DNA of 64,000 nt from Leptogorgia sarmentosa. Taxonomy: Eukaryota. The notes below the pieces were generated by a model. The model did not search any database and had not been told where the DNA came from. It saw only the letters and a list, made by a program, of their open reading frames with translations. The DNA lies in the NCBI GenBank assembly GCA_964658305.1, contig OZ210885.1, positions 17,670,001-17,734,000 of the forward strand, in the 5' to 3' direction. A program made the position numbers and the translations under genes. This document shows, piece by piece, positions 1 to 12,752 of this stretch; positions within the stretch are counted from its first letter, which is position 1; each line of letters starts with the position of its first letter.

Positions 1-2
1 AT

Positions 3-983
3 AAGAAAACTACCAATCTCCCAGTACCAGACGAAACCGATCGAGAAAATATCAACAAAAACCAACCAGACCCCACATCAACAACCCCACAAAAAGCTGA
101 CAACAACCCCAAGAATACACCAACAAGCCCAGAGAAAGATGACAACAAAGACAACAAAGCTAAACCAATAGAGACTATCATCCTATGCGATAGCAATGGA
201 CGATACCTAAAGCCAGAAATATTATGCCCCGATTCACACGCCCAATACATCAGATGCCCAACCCTCGGCGATGCAGTAAACCTCATTAACAACTCCAACT
301 TCACTGCTGCAAAATGTTTTATCCTGCACTGTGGTACCAACGACCTAGAGAGAGTCAAATCGGAGTCAGATCTCATTCACCTGACTGAAAAAACAATAAA
401 AGCCATCCACGAGAAATACCCAAATGTTAGAATCATCATCTCTGGCCTCCTACCAAGAAAAGACCCCCTGAACAGAAAAGTAGCCCCCTTCAACCATAAC
501 CTTGAGAAGATCTTAGCTCAAAATCAAAACACTACATTTGTCAACCACAGAAACATCAAACCCGAAGACATGAAAGACAAGAAACATCTACCACAAGATA
601 AAATAAAATACCTAGCCAAGAACCTGAAAGCAGCCTTCTTCAATACAAAACCCAAGAACCACACAAGGACACCCAAACCAGAACAACCTCACAGGAACCA
701 AAGAGAATTCCCCAATAGAAGAAACCCCATACCCAACCTCTACAACCCAGTACCCCACTTACCAATGCCAACCCCACCATATCCATTCCCCCCACAACTA
801 CCCCCCAAACCCCAGTTCAATCCACCAGCAATACCTCACCGACAATCAACTCCCTATCAGTATCCTATCAGTATCCGATCAACACCAAGCCAAGTCCACC
901 CCTGCCCTATCAAGCCTCAAGCCGCATGTCCGAACTCATCAAGGAGCTGTACAGATGCCTCAACTAGGACAACCCGTATGTAA
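3..983 (+). CDS. LINE ORF1 (5'-partial) with SGNH/GDSL esterase-like domain and Pro-rich tail
   Basis: The frame is open from position 3 into the 570-983 ORF. It translates to IILCDSNGRYL...FILHCGTNDLE...IIISGLLPRKD...DKKHL, the SGNH blocks seen in LINE ORF1 esterases. Confidence 0.8.
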   Translation, partial: KKTTNLPVPDETDRENINKNQPDPTSTTPQKADNNPKNTPTSPEKDDNKDNKAKPIETIILCDSNGRYLKPEILCPDSHAQYIRCPTLGDAVNLINNSNFTAAKCFILHCGTNDLERVKSESDLIHLTEKTIKAIHEKYPNVRIIISGLLPRKDPLNRKVAPFNHNLEKILAQNQNTTFVNHRNIKPEDMKDKKHLPQDKIKYLAKNLKAAFFNTKPKNHTRTPKPEQPHRNQREFPNRRNPIPNLYNPVPHLPMPTPPYPFPPQLPPKPQFNPPAIPHRQSTPYQYPISIRSTPSQVHPCPIKPQAACPNSSRSCTDASTRTTRM

Positions 984-1214
984 GTGTTTCTATATATTTT
1001 ATCAATTTTATATATATCCTATTATACTATATATTATTTATTATATCTTATTATACTATCTATTAACTTGAACCCATTATAGATAGATTAGTTCAACTAT
1101 ACACAAATTTAAGTTAAAAAAGGAAATTTGACAATGTTTACTGTAGGCTCTACCATTGATTGATTGATTAATTAGTTAATTAGCTAGTAGATAACCAGGA
1201 AGAAATAACCAAAA

Positions 1215-4200
1215 GTGATGCTCTCAGGAATATCACTTAGTGCATGGAATATCAATGGCCTTAGTAACAAAGTTCTTGGTGACAAAACCAAAAATCAAGA
1301 CTTTGTTAATGCCACTTCTAATATCGATTTCCTGTTTCTCACTGAAACATGGAATAACAGAGACATAGATATGCCTGGATTTGAGATCATTAACTCTGTT
1401 GTAGCCAAATCCAAATCAAAAGCTGCCTGTCGACAATCAGGTGGCATCAGTCTTATGTTTAAAAGCAAATTTATGAATTATGTTACCACTGTCAAATATA
1501 CCAAAAACTTTTTATGGAGCAAAATCTCCAAAGAAATACTAAAAAATGACACAGACTTATACATCTGTGGCACATACATCCCCCCTGAAAAGTCAAAATA
1601 CTTTGATGAAGAAATTTTTGAAGAATTTGAAAACGATGTCATTCGTTTCTCGTCGCGAGGAAATGTAATAACCCTTGGCGACTTTAATGCTAGAACAAAC
1701 AAACTAGATGACTTTGTTTCAAGTGAAGGTAGTGACCTTATACATGACACAAGTGAAAACTCTCTCCACCCCACAGAAAGACAAAACTTTGACTCAACAG
1801 TAAACAACAATGGTAAAAAACTAATAGAAATATGCAAAAACTGTGACCTAAGGATCCTAAATGGTCGAACCATGGGGGACTCCTTGGGAAGACCAACCTT
1901 CCATGGCCAAAACGGAACAAGTGTTGTCGATTATATAATCTGCAACCAGAACCTCGTACAAAGCATAAAACACTTAATCGTAAAAGCCCCATGCTATCTG
2001 TCTGACCACAGTCAAATTATTACTTGGATAGACACACATGAAACGAGATCACCAGTAAACAACACTGAAGCTCATTTTCAACCACAACTAGAGAAACTCC
2101 CATCCCAATACACTTGGACTGACATCTCCAAGGACAATTTTGTTAAGGAACTAAAATCAACAAAAATCTTGCAGAATTTCTCAATACTGATTTTCCAGAC
2201 AACAAAGAAGGTACTAACCAATGCCTAACTGAATTCCAAAACATAATATCCCAAGTATCCAAAAAATCCCTAAAAATAAAAACAAACAAACGACGACCAC
2301 ACTTGCCCAAGAATACCGCAAACAAAAAATGGTTTGACAAAGAATGTCGGATAAAACGACATCAATTAAGAAAAATTGCAAATCAAAAACACAAAGATCC
2401 AAGTAACAATGAAATCAGAAACTTATACCACTCAACATTAAAAGACTACAAACACACCCTAGAAATGAAAAAGAATAAATTCCACCAAGACAAACTCGAA
2501 GAACTAGAAAACGCTACAAACGACCCAATTCTATTTTGGAAACTATTAAAAAACAGCACAGATGACATTAAGCACTGCGACTCTTCAAAAACACCAACAC
2601 CAAGCCAATGGTTAAACCATTTCCAGAAACTTCACTCCGAACACACTCTAACCGAACAGCAAGAAGAAATTCTTGAACAACTGAATGAGCATGAACACAC
2701 CAAATACAATTTTAATGAACTAGATCAAACCATAATAGAAACTGAACTGATAAATGCATCAAAAAAACTGAAAACCAAGAAAGCATCCTACAATGACAGA
2801 ATCAAAAATGAAATGATAAAATCTAGCGTCAACATCCTCTCAAAAGGATATTTAAAAGTATTTAACAAAATATTAATGTCCGGGGACTTTCTCGAAACGT
2901 GGACCGAGGGCATCATAACCCCTATCTACAAATCGGGGAACTCCCTGGATACATCCAATTACCGAGGCATTTGCATTTCTAGTTGCCTAGGAAAACTATT
3001 CTGCTCTATCCTAAACACTAGGCTGATCAACTATGTAACCGAAAACAAACTTATACACCCGAGCCAAATCGGCTTTATCCCGGGAAACAGGACAGCAGAT
3101 CATGCCTTTACTCTGAAAACTCTCCACGACAAACATGTCAAACAATCCAATAACGGCAAAATATACACCTGCTTCGTTGACTTCAAAAAAGCTTTCGACT
3201 CCGTTTGGCACCAAGGCCTCTACTATAAACTACTGCAAAACAAAATAGGAGGACGCTTCTACAACCTAATCAAAGATATGTACTCAAACACAAAATGTGC
3301 ATTAAAAATATCAGAAAATAGAACCCCCTTCTTCCCATACAAGAAGGGTGTTCGTCAAGGATGCACCCTAAGTCCAATGCTCTTCAACCTCTACATCAAC
3401 GAAATACCAGAACTATTCAAAAACACTTTATCAGACCCACTACTACTTCCAAATGGAACTACACTAAACAGTTTATCATATGCTGACGACCTAGTCATAC
3501 TCTCTAAATCAAAGTCAGGTCTGCAACACTGTCTTAACCAACTCCATGAATGGTGTGATAAATGGTTAATGGAAATTAATCCAAAAAAAACAAAAGTTAT
3601 GATACTTCAGAAACATAACTCGAAATCCCAAGTTAGCTCCGAATTCCATATTGGAAGCAACAAGATTGACACAACAAAAGAATATACCTATCTTGGTCTC
3701 AAAGTGAACCAAAATGGAAATTTCAAATTGGCCCAAAAACAACTAAGCGAAAAAGCCTTCCGTGCACTCTGCAAAATAAGAAAACAAATAGATCTCCACA
3801 AATTATCACCAAAAGTAGCCACCAGAATTTTCGACACAATAATCTCCCCCATTCTCCTGTACAACTCAGAAGTCTGGGGTGCATACGAAAAAAACGATTT
3901 TAACAAATGGGATAACACTGAGATAGAAAAAACACACCTCAGATTCTGCAAAGTAACTTTAGGCGTTAACAAAAAGGCCAGTAATATAGCTTGTAGAGGA
4001 GAACTAGGAAGATTCCCTCTACTAATAACAATACAAAAAAACATAATCAATTACACCAAACACATTCTCCAACTACCCGACGACTCTATCGTAAGACAAG
4101 CCCTAAATATATCTATAAGTCTACATAACCAAGGCAAAGACTCTTACTACACCAATGTCTCAAACATGCTCAAAACGTTTTATCCAAACGAAACTAACTT

Positions 4201-4699
4201 CCAAACAGCCATACCAAACTACAACACAACTACATTAATGAACGACATTAAAGAAAAATACGTAGAATTCTGGAAACACAAAATGTCCAACTCCTCCAAA
4301 CTATCCTTCCTATGCACACTCAAAAATGATTACAAAATGGAAAAATACCTGACAATTATCAAATCACCGACCATCCGAAGGGAAACCTCCAAATTCCGCA
4401 TAAGCAATCACAAACTCCAAATTGAACAGGGAAGATACGAAAACATCCCCCGTGATTCCGGTGAAATAGAAGATGAATTCCATTTCACATTTAAATGCAA
4501 AAAATTTGACCATTTGCAACAAAATTCGAACAGTATACTGAAAACCATGTTCGAATTAAACACAACCGATGAAAGCAAAAGAAAAGCTATTGCAACACAC
4601 AATGTCCAGCGAGGACCCAGTTTCAATAGCTCTCTTATCCAAATTCATCTCCGACTGCTTCAACGTAAGAGAAAACGAACTCAAATCCAGGCAAATTAA
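1215..4699 (+). pseudogene. LINE ORF2: APE endonuclease + reverse transcriptase, frameshifted near 2160-2170
   Basis: APE motifs WNINGL, LTETW, GDFNAR, VVDY and SDH. RT motifs FVDFKKAFDSV, GVRQGCTLSP and YADD. The RT frame is open back to ~2171 (AEFLNTDF...). Confidence 0.9.
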
Positions 4700-4866
4700 T
4701 ACTTAATATATATAGATATGTGTGTATATGTATGTCCATAAGTACCTATACTTCTATAACTTGTAAATATCCTTAGCCTATACTTTTATCTACAATCCTA
4801 ATTATATAACTTAGCAATACCTGTAACTAGGTCATGCGAAATAAAACTTATTATTAACCTTAACCA

Positions 4867-5991
4867 GTGTTTTCATATTTAAGACAGCAAGGCCATGAAT
4901 CATCTCCTTATATTGATGACTCATTCTTAGTGGGAAATGATTATAATGAATGTGGTTCTAATGTAATTGTCACAGTCAAATTATTAGATACATTAGGGTT
5001 TGTTCCTCACCCAACAAAGTCTGTATTTATTCCTACACAAATTTTGGTTTATCTGGGGTTTCTGCTGAATTCAATTAATATGACAGTCTCACTTACTCCA
5101 GATAAGGCCAACAAGTTAAAAACAGCAGTTAATTGTCTCCTCTCACGAGAGCAATGGTCTGTTAGGGAAGTTGCTCAAGTTTTGGGTCGCACTATTTCTA
5201 GTTTCCCAGGAGTTATGTACGGGCCATTACATTTCCGATTGACAGAACATGAAAAGTCAGAAGCTCTCAAACAAAAATGCTGGGAATTTTGATGCAACAA
5301 TGAGATTGACATCATTAGCTAGAAATGAACTTCTGTGGTGGATAGATTCTCTTGACACAGCTGTGAGGGATATAAATAGACCTGAACCCCAAATAGTATT
5401 CCGTACTGATGAATCTAAGCAAGGATGGGGTTGTGCGGTGAATGAGCCGACCACAGGCGGATTGTGGGACATCACTGAAAAGGATAATCATATAAATTAT
5501 CTTGAACTGTTGGCTGTATATTTGGGCTTACAAGCATACAAGTATTTAGTTCATGACAAGCATGTGAAAGTCCTGGTTGATAACACCACAGTTCAGGTTG
5601 TACTAAATAAAATGGGTACTAGCCATTCACCCAAATTAAATATGCTTGTGAAAACTATCTGGGATTGGTGTATTTCAAACTGTATTTGGCTCACAGTTGG
5701 CCGTATTCCTGGGAAAGAGAATATCGAGGCTGACTTTGAATCTAGAAAATGTAGACCTAATATCGAGTGGTCTCTTAACAAAACACTGTTCAGACAAGCA
5801 TGTGAAAAACTTGCTTTTAGACCAAACATAGACCTGTTTGTGTCACGAATTAACTATCAAGTAAAACCATTTATTTCATATCATCCAGATCCGGAGGCCC
5901 TAGCTGTTAATGCTTTTCACATATCATAGAGGGATTATAAGTTTTATGCGTTTCCTCCATTTAGCATCATAAGTCAAGTTCTACAGAAGAT
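4867..5991 (+). pseudogene. DIRS RT / RNase H / methyltransferase-like region (frameshift ~5270-5290, stop 5929); resumes at 10103-10405
   Basis: ORFs 4867-5292 and 5249-5929. ...YAFPPFSIISQVLQK joins KIQKENAEELVLVPKWPTQTWWP across the LINE. Confidence 0.85.
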
Positions 5992-8900
5992 GTATGATAT
6001 TTTGAATCATTAAAGCTGTTTGTAGCTGATTCATTAAAGCTAAAGGGTGCCTGGACTCCAACCTGGTCTGGAGGTGACAAAAAAAGTCTTTGTTAATGCT
6101 GCTAAAGATGTATCTATTATATGGAGAAAGAACAAAAATCTTCTGTTTGTGGAAGGAGGAGAAGGGAGGTTTGTAGATATATCTGTGGTTATTCAAGCGA
6201 AACGGCTGATGCTCTGACAGAAATTGCAGAGCTTAAACATGGTCAGCTGTTAAATGGCGAAGCAATTAAGACATTGTCGGATAAGTGTGAGTACATTAGT
6301 ACTGTTATATCACAATTTTGTGACACTATCGGCACGAACAACGAAAATATCATTGAGGAAGCTTCAGATCGACATGTTGAACATTCAAATTTGCATGTTG
6401 GACATCCAAATGAAGGGTTTGTTTGTGATACTAATGATGCAAATGGTGATAAGTCTATAATTACGGAGCAATTAGCAACGAGCATCCCACAAGAGCCATT
6501 AGGAACCGCGATTACGAACAATGACAATATTATTACTTCAAACAATGTTAATAATGGGGGTAATTCAGATCATAATTTGATGAGTGCTGAACAAACACCA
6601 ATGAACAAAGGTCATCAGCCAACATATGCAGAAGTAACGGCATCTCCTCCTGTCTCACATAAAACTCAATTTACTGAAAAGTTAGAAACAAACTATAAGC
6701 CACAACACTTCTCGCAGACTTCACAAAGTAAAATAAATGAGTTGCCTAGCATTTCTGCGGACGGGTTTACTGGTGTTGATCGGAGACGTAACACTGTCAA
6801 GAAATTCCTGTTAAGCAGGATAGCTGAAAACGTTAAAGAATGTCAAATTGTTTCCTATCTGAAACAACAGAATATAACACCTACATATATATCCGTTTTT
6901 CCAAGCAAAAGAAAAGGTCATCAGCTAAAATCCATTTTCGTTCAGCCGATTGTTCGTTAGTGCAACAACAAAATTTCTGGGCTCAGTTTGTCAACTGCAA
7001 GACTTGGCAATCAAAAGGAGAAATTAGATCTAATATTACCCATAACGGGAAGTTCTCAACTTATGTATAATGGTGCAAATCGAAGCTAGAGTTTCGTCAC
7101 GTAATTTTGGTCGCCGTGGGAGGCAAAGAACGCGTAGAGAAACGCGAGGTGTCAATTATAACAATCTAACCCGTATTAGATGCACAAATAATTATAACGA
7201 AAATAAACAAAAACAAAACAAAGCTACACTCCCGAAAATTTGCTGCTTGAACGCACGATCAATTTATGGAAAGGTTGACGAACTGGCAGCATTTATGTCC
7301 GTCAACAAAGTCATATAGCTGCAATTACGGAGTCTTGGCTGACGAGATAGGGGACGATCAGATATCGATTGGTGGGTATGCAATTCATCGTAAGGACCGG
7401 ACACACGGCCATGGCGGTGGCGTTTGCGTTTATGTATCTCAGCAGATATCCATTACGCAATATTTGGAATAAGAAAATTTAAACCTAGAGTTCATGTGGT
7501 TGTGGGCTCGACCACCACGCCTACCGAGACCGTTATCCGCAATCGCAGTATGTGTAGTATATAATCCACCGGATAAAAGTATGCAAGAACAGAGGGAACT
7601 TTGCGATTACCTTGTGTCCTGTATTGATACTATACGCTCCAAATACCCTGATTGTAGCATAGTCGTTTTAGGCGATTTTAATCACCTCAATATACATGAT
7701 TTAGTTACAAGTCACAACCTTAAACAAGTCGTCACACGTCCGACTAGGCAAGATTCAATCTTAGACTATATTATTACGAACTTGAAATCCTTTTACAAAA
7801 CACCGGATATTTCTGCTCCACTTGGAACATCGGACCATAATGTAATCATGTGGATCCCAAAAGACATTTTTAAGGATAATAATAATACGTGTACAAAGCG
7901 GACTGTGCGTCTGTATCCTCAGTCAGGTTTGAATGGCTTTGGTTTATGGACAACCAGGAATAAATGGTTTAGTGAACTCGGACTCAATCCATCGTCGGAT
8001 GAGTTAGCGTCATCTTTTACCAATGATTTGAACACTGTATTCGATCATTTTTTCCCAGTGAACACAATCAAATTTCATCCCACGGACAAACCATGGATTA
8101 CTGGGCACATAAAGCAACTTATTAAAGAACGCCAACGTGCTTTTCACACTGGCGACGCGCAATTGTGGCGCCAATACAGACGGAGGGTCCAGGTAGAGAT
8201 TAAAACCAGGAAAAATAATTTCTATACCCAAAAAATCCATAACCTGTGAAAAGATGATGTTCGCCAATAGTGGCATACTATTAACACAATGTCAGGTCGA
8301 GCGAAACGCCAGCCTCAGTTTACAATTGAGCGTGACGGACAGTGTTTATTGGAAGGTGAACTGGCAGAGTCTCTAAATGATTATTTCGTAAGTGTGGCAA
8401 ATGATATCCCACCACTTGATACTTCGAGCCTTCCAACATTCTTACCAGCTGCAGAGCCGCCTCCTACAATTCATCCTCATGAGGTTTGTAGTAAGCTCTT
8501 AAAACTTGAGTAATAAGGCTATGGGCCCGGACAGCATTCCACCACGAATTTTGAAAGAGTTCGCCTACGAACTTGCTGAGCCAGTTACATCAATATTTAA
8601 TACATCTTTGTCCTCTGGACTAGTACCTGTTTTATGGAAAGATTCTACTATCATACCCATTCCTAAAGCGAAACAAGCCCAGGTTGAGAGCGATACCCGC
8701 CCCATCGCACTTACCCCTGTGTTATCGAAAGTACTCGAAGACTTTGTGGTTAGTTGGATGGTTGAGGACATAGGTGGACAAATCGATAATCGCCAGTATG
8801 GCAGTCTGAAGGGATCATCTACCACCCTTTGTCTTCTGGACCTTATTCACAACTGGCTTTCTAAAATGGATAACCCAGGTCATTACCTTAGAGCTTGTTT

Positions 8901-10102
8901 TCTGGACTTTAGCAAAGCTTTCGATAGAATAGACCACAACATTGTTATAACAAAATTGATCGATTTGGGAGTGCGCCGTTCAATAATCCCTTGGATTTGT
9001 AGCTTCCTTTCAAATCGCCGCCAGTGTGTTAAGCTTGGACAGTGTGTGTCCCGATGGCTTTCAACTAGTGCTGGGGTCCCACAGGGTACCAAATTGGGTC
9101 CAATGTTTTTTGTCATGATGATTAACGACCTGAAAATAGTATACCCGCGTTCCAGTTATTGGAAGTACGTAGACGACGTGACGATATCTGAGATTGTCCC
9201 AATAAGGGAGGTATCCACACTACAAAACGAATTGGACGCAATTGGTAATTGTAACAATAATATGAAATTGAACCCCAAAAAGTGTAAAGAGATGATTGTC
9301 TCCTTTCGACGAGATATTGAACAGCCACCACACACTTTAGTTGCTGAAAACATCAGTCTTGAAAGAATTGAATCCCACAAAGTATTAGGTCTAACGATCC
9401 AGAATAATCTGAAGTGGGACTTGCACATTAGTGAGATAATAACCAAGGCATCAAAAAGACTACATATCTTACGAGTTCTCAAGCGCAGTGGAGTTTCACC
9501 GTTCCATTTACTACGAGTATTTTTTGCACTTATTAGATCCCTGCTTGAGTACTGCTGCCCTGTATGGCATTCATCATTGACCATCAACTTGTCAGATAAA
9601 ATTGAACGGGTGCAGAAGCGCACAATGCGAATAATCTACCCCACATTAAGCTATGACGCTGCTCTGGACGAAGCTAAATGTTCGACATTACGCGCAAGAC
9701 GAGATAGTTTGTGCATAAAAACTTTTGACAAAATGAGACAGCCAAATTCACGTCTTAATCATTTAATACCACCTCCTCGGGCCAATGAACACAATTGTAA
9801 TTTAAGGTACGGAAATAGATTAACACTGTTTCCTTGTAAGACAGAGCGCTTTAAGAAAAGCTTTTTTCCTACTATGTGTTTACAAAGTCATAATTTATAA
9901 TCTCTGTAATTTTGTAATTATAAAAGTGCATTTACCTTTAGATATTAATTTATAGATCAGTAAACAATTGTTGTAATATAATGCCTGTAACACAAGGTAC
10001 TTTTTAATATTTTTAACTAAAGCTTGTAAATAATTTCGCAATTCGCTTTCATCGAGCGCGACGATTTTATATTAATAAACCAACCATCTAAACCAACCAT
10101 CT
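5992..10102 (+). mobile_element. CR1/L2-group LINE with 5-bp TSD AAGAT (5987-5991 / 10103-10107)
   Basis: ORF1 remnant 6121-7070. Broken APE at 7070-8249 (CLNARS, HGGGV, VYNPP, GDFN, SDH). RT at 8506-9900 (DFSKAFD, GVPQGTKLGP, YVDD). 3' tail of tandem TAAACCAACCATC repeats. Confidence 0.9.
8506..9900 (+). CDS. LINE reverse transcriptase (part of a disrupted ORF2)
   Basis: RPIALT, FLDFSKAFD, GVPQGTKLGP, KYVDD; upstream stops and frameshifts at ~7318, 7472, 8249 and 8513. Confidence 0.88.
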   Translation: MSNKAMGPDSIPPRILKEFAYELAEPVTSIFNTSLSSGLVPVLWKDSTIIPIPKAKQAQVESDTRPIALTPVLSKVLEDFVVSWMVEDIGGQIDNRQYGSLKGSSTTLCLLDLIHNWLSKMDNPGHYLRACFLDFSKAFDRIDHNIVITKLIDLGVRRSIIPWICSFLSNRRQCVKLGQCVSRWLSTSAGVPQGTKLGPMFFVMMINDLKIVYPRSSYWKYVDDVTISEIVPIREVSTLQNELDAIGNCNNNMKLNPKKCKEMIVSFRRDIEQPPHTLVAENISLERIESHKVLGLTIQNNLKWDLHISEIITKASKRLHILRVLKRSGVSPFHLLRVFFALIRSLLEYCCPVWHSSLTINLSDKIERVQKRTMRIIYPTLSYDAALDEAKCSTLRARRDSLCIKTFDKMRQPNSRLNHLIPPPRANEHNCNLRYGNRLTLFPCKTERFKKSFFPTMCLQSHNL

Positions 10103-10290
10103 AAGATCCAAAAGGAAAATGCAGAGGAATTAGTTCTAGTCCCCAAGTGGCCAACACAAACTTGGTGGCCAGTTGTCATGAAAATGCTAGTCCAGAGACC
10201 AGTACTGCTACCACCAAACGAGATGTCCCTATATTTACCAAGCAACCCAAATGAAAGACACCCACTCCACCAGAAAATGTCCCTGATAAT

Positions 10291-11268
10291 GTGTCACTTA
10301 TCCGGGAACAGCTCGAGAACCGAGGCTTTTCTGCAACAGCTACCAACGTCATGGAAGCCTCCTGGAGATCATGTACACGGAGAAAATATGAATGTACTTT
10401 GTTGAAATGGAAACTTTACTGTAGTGAAAGGGAAATTGACACCTTTTCTCCAACTGTAGAACAAGCTATAAATTTTCTGGGGAGTTTGTATGACAAAGGT
10501 ATAGGATACAGTGGTATAAACACAGCGAGAAGTGCTCTTTCATCAATACTCATATTGCCAAACAATGTATCTTTTGGGAATCATCGTTCAGTTTGTCGGT
10601 TTATGGAGGGAGTGTATGAAGTTCGACCAGTTTTGCCAAAACATCAGGAAATCTGGGATGTAAGCATCGTTCTTGATTTCTTACAAACTTGGCATCCCGT
10701 TGAGGAACTAACATTGAAGAAGTTGACACTTAAACTAACAATGCTTCTAGCTCTTACGTCAGCACAAAGGTGTCAAACGCTACAAGCATTATCTCTTGAT
10801 AACATGAGACGTGGTAATGATGAGTGCATTTTCTATTTTACCCAATTGCTAAAAACATCTAGACCTGGAAAGCATCAAGCTCCATTAGTACTGAAAGCAT
10901 TCACATTGAATGAACAGATTTGTCCCATTAAAGTCTTGACAGAGTATGTTAAAAGAACCGAAAGTATTCGAGGTCAGTGTAGCCAACTATTAATTAGTTA
11001 TCAACAGCCACATAAAGGTGTAAAAACTGACACCGTATCTAGGTGGCTTAAAGAGGTCCTAAAGCAAGCAGGAATAGACAATTTCACTGGACATAGCACT
11101 AGAGCTGCGTCATTGTCTGCTGCAAAAAGGTCAAATATAGATCTTGGAACTATTCTGAAGGCAGCTGGGTGGTCTAACGCCACAACATTTAATAAGTTCT
11201 ATAACAAACCTTTACAAGGAGAACATAATTTTGGAGAAGACTTGTTAGGGTCTTTATCGCACGACTAA
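10291..11268 (+). CDS. DIRS tyrosine recombinase
   Basis: Catalytic pattern AQR...KTSR...HSTR...AGW...FNKFY. The ORF overlaps the methyltransferase frame, as is typical of DIRS. Confidence 0.92.
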   Translation: MSLIREQLENRGFSATATNVMEASWRSCTRRKYECTLLKWKLYCSEREIDTFSPTVEQAINFLGSLYDKGIGYSGINTARSALSSILILPNNVSFGNHRSVCRFMEGVYEVRPVLPKHQEIWDVSIVLDFLQTWHPVEELTLKKLTLKLTMLLALTSAQRCQTLQALSLDNMRRGNDECIFYFTQLLKTSRPGKHQAPLVLKAFTLNEQICPIKVLTEYVKRTESIRGQCSQLLISYQQPHKGVKTDTVSRWLKEVLKQAGIDNFTGHSTRAASLSAAKRSNIDLGTILKAAGWSNATTFNKFYNKPLQGEHNFGEDLLGSLSHD

Positions 11269-11377
11269 TAGATGCGAAATTTGTAATAGGTTTCAATTGG
11301 TGGTTGTTGTTGTTTCACATTAAAGTTTTGTTGCGACTGGATAAATCAAGCTCGTGAAAACAACACTTTGAATATTT

Positions 11378-11746
11378 CATGTGACTCCTTAGTGACGAAG
11401 TCCAATGACGAAATAGAATTTAAAAATTAAACGAGACTTACCTTAAAAATTAAACAAGTCAAAGTTTGATTGTAATTCTATGAGTTATTGGACAAGGAAA
11501 CTAAGGAGTCGCCCGCCCATGATATGTTGGACAAGGAAACTAAGGAGTCGCCCGCCCATGATATGTAAATTATGTCGGTTTACCCACCCGTAAAGTTTTG
11601 CTGTTGAAATCACTCGCTGCGTTGAAGACTGAACACTCGATCTGCGTGCTAATATCTCACATGACTCCTTAGTTTCCTTGTCCAATAACTCATAGAATTA
11701 AAATCAAACTTCGACTTATGGTAAGTCTCGTTTAATTTTTAAATTT
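11378..11746. repeat. DIRS internal complementary region and right terminal inverted repeat, with a 39-bp tandem duplication
   Basis: ~11417-11510 is the reverse complement of ~11664-11746. ttggacaaggaaactaaggagtcgcccgcccatgatatg occurs at 11488-11526 and 11527-11565. Confidence 0.85.
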
Positions 11747-12752
11747 ACTGGCCACATATGAACCAAGAACTAAAGGACCACATCTCCCGATGTAACACGT
11801 GCGACACATACAAACCAAAGAACCTCTCATCCCGCACGAAATACCAGAGAGAGCATGGGCCAAGCTCGCTTGCGACCTGTTCGAATTCGACAAGAAATCG
11901 TACCTCGTTACTGTAGACTATTACTCGAACTTCTTCGAAGTAGACCGCCTTGATCAACTTACCTCAAAGCTGAAGCCTCATTTTGCCAGATACGGTCTAC
12001 CAGACACCTTGATAACCGACAACGGACCACAGTTTATCGGTGAAGATTTCTGAAAATTCTGTACAAAGTATGGATTCGAACACATTACGACCAGCCCCTA
12101 CCACCACCAATCCAACGGCAAAGCTGAATCAGCCGTCAAGCAAGCCAGGAAAATATTGCGAACATGCCAAGCATCTGGGGATGATGCGTACCTTGCTCTT
12201 CTAGCTCTCCGAAATACGCCACAAACAATTCATGAAACCAGCCCAGCACAAAGACTATTCAACCGCCACACCAAAACAGCACTACCAGAATTGCTTCATC
12301 CAAAGATTAACTCCCAAGTCAACGAACGTATCAGAAGACGACAAGCGCTCCAGAAAAAGTACTACGATTGGGAGGCCAAAGAACTCAGTTCGTTGAAGGA
12401 AGGCGATTTAGTTACAATTCAGCCAACCCGAACTGGAGAGAAGAAATGGAAAAGAGGGAAAGTATTACGACAGGTCGGCGTAAGATCATATGAAGTCGAG
12501 CATAAAGGGTACACGTACATGACGAATAGAAAGTTCCTTCGACGGTCAGCAGCAAAATCGGATCATCACAATACAGATGATGAAGAATCAATCATATCAG
12601 AAACAGAAAACAACAATCCAAAAGTAGCAATTCAAAGCCACGGCCAACCCAGGGATCAATCAATGGACATAGAGAATGGGAACGCAACAACGACAATGGT
12701 AAATGCCAGCCCAACAGTCAGAAACCGGACAGACTTGGATCCAATAAGTTAG
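11747..12752 (+). pseudogene. Ty3/Gypsy integrase remnant (host of the DIRS insertion)
   Basis: YWPHMNQELKDHISRCNTC (zinc-binding part), DLF...VDYYS...TDNGPQF...SPYHHQSNGKAESAVK; in-frame stop at 12051-12053. Confidence 0.88.

Larger units (their letters stand above)
1..4857 (+). mobile_element. Non-LTR retrotransposon (LINE, probably RTEX-like), 5' end outside the window, inserted into the DIRS RT region
   Basis: Esterase-type ORF1, then APE and RT ORF2. The 3' end is AATAAA followed by a TTA microsatellite (gaaataaaacttattattaa, ~4838-4857), and DIRS RT sequence follows immediately. Confidence 0.88.
4858..11746 (+). mobile_element. DIRS1-type tyrosine-recombinase retrotransposon (3' part), interrupted by a LINE at 5992-10102
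   Basis: RT (YIDD), RNase H (TDES..GWG, HINYLEL, DNTT, GKENIEAD), Dam-like methyltransferase (DLF.SR, YAFPPF, VPKWPTQ.WW) and YR in order, ending in an ICR/ITR inverted-repeat terminus. Confidence 0.92.

Noticed and set aside
5700..10405. Dam-like methyltransferase plus tyrosine recombinase as a prokaryotic or phage island
   Set aside because: Both are standard components of DIRS1 retrotransposons and lie in line with RT/RNase H and the ICR terminus.
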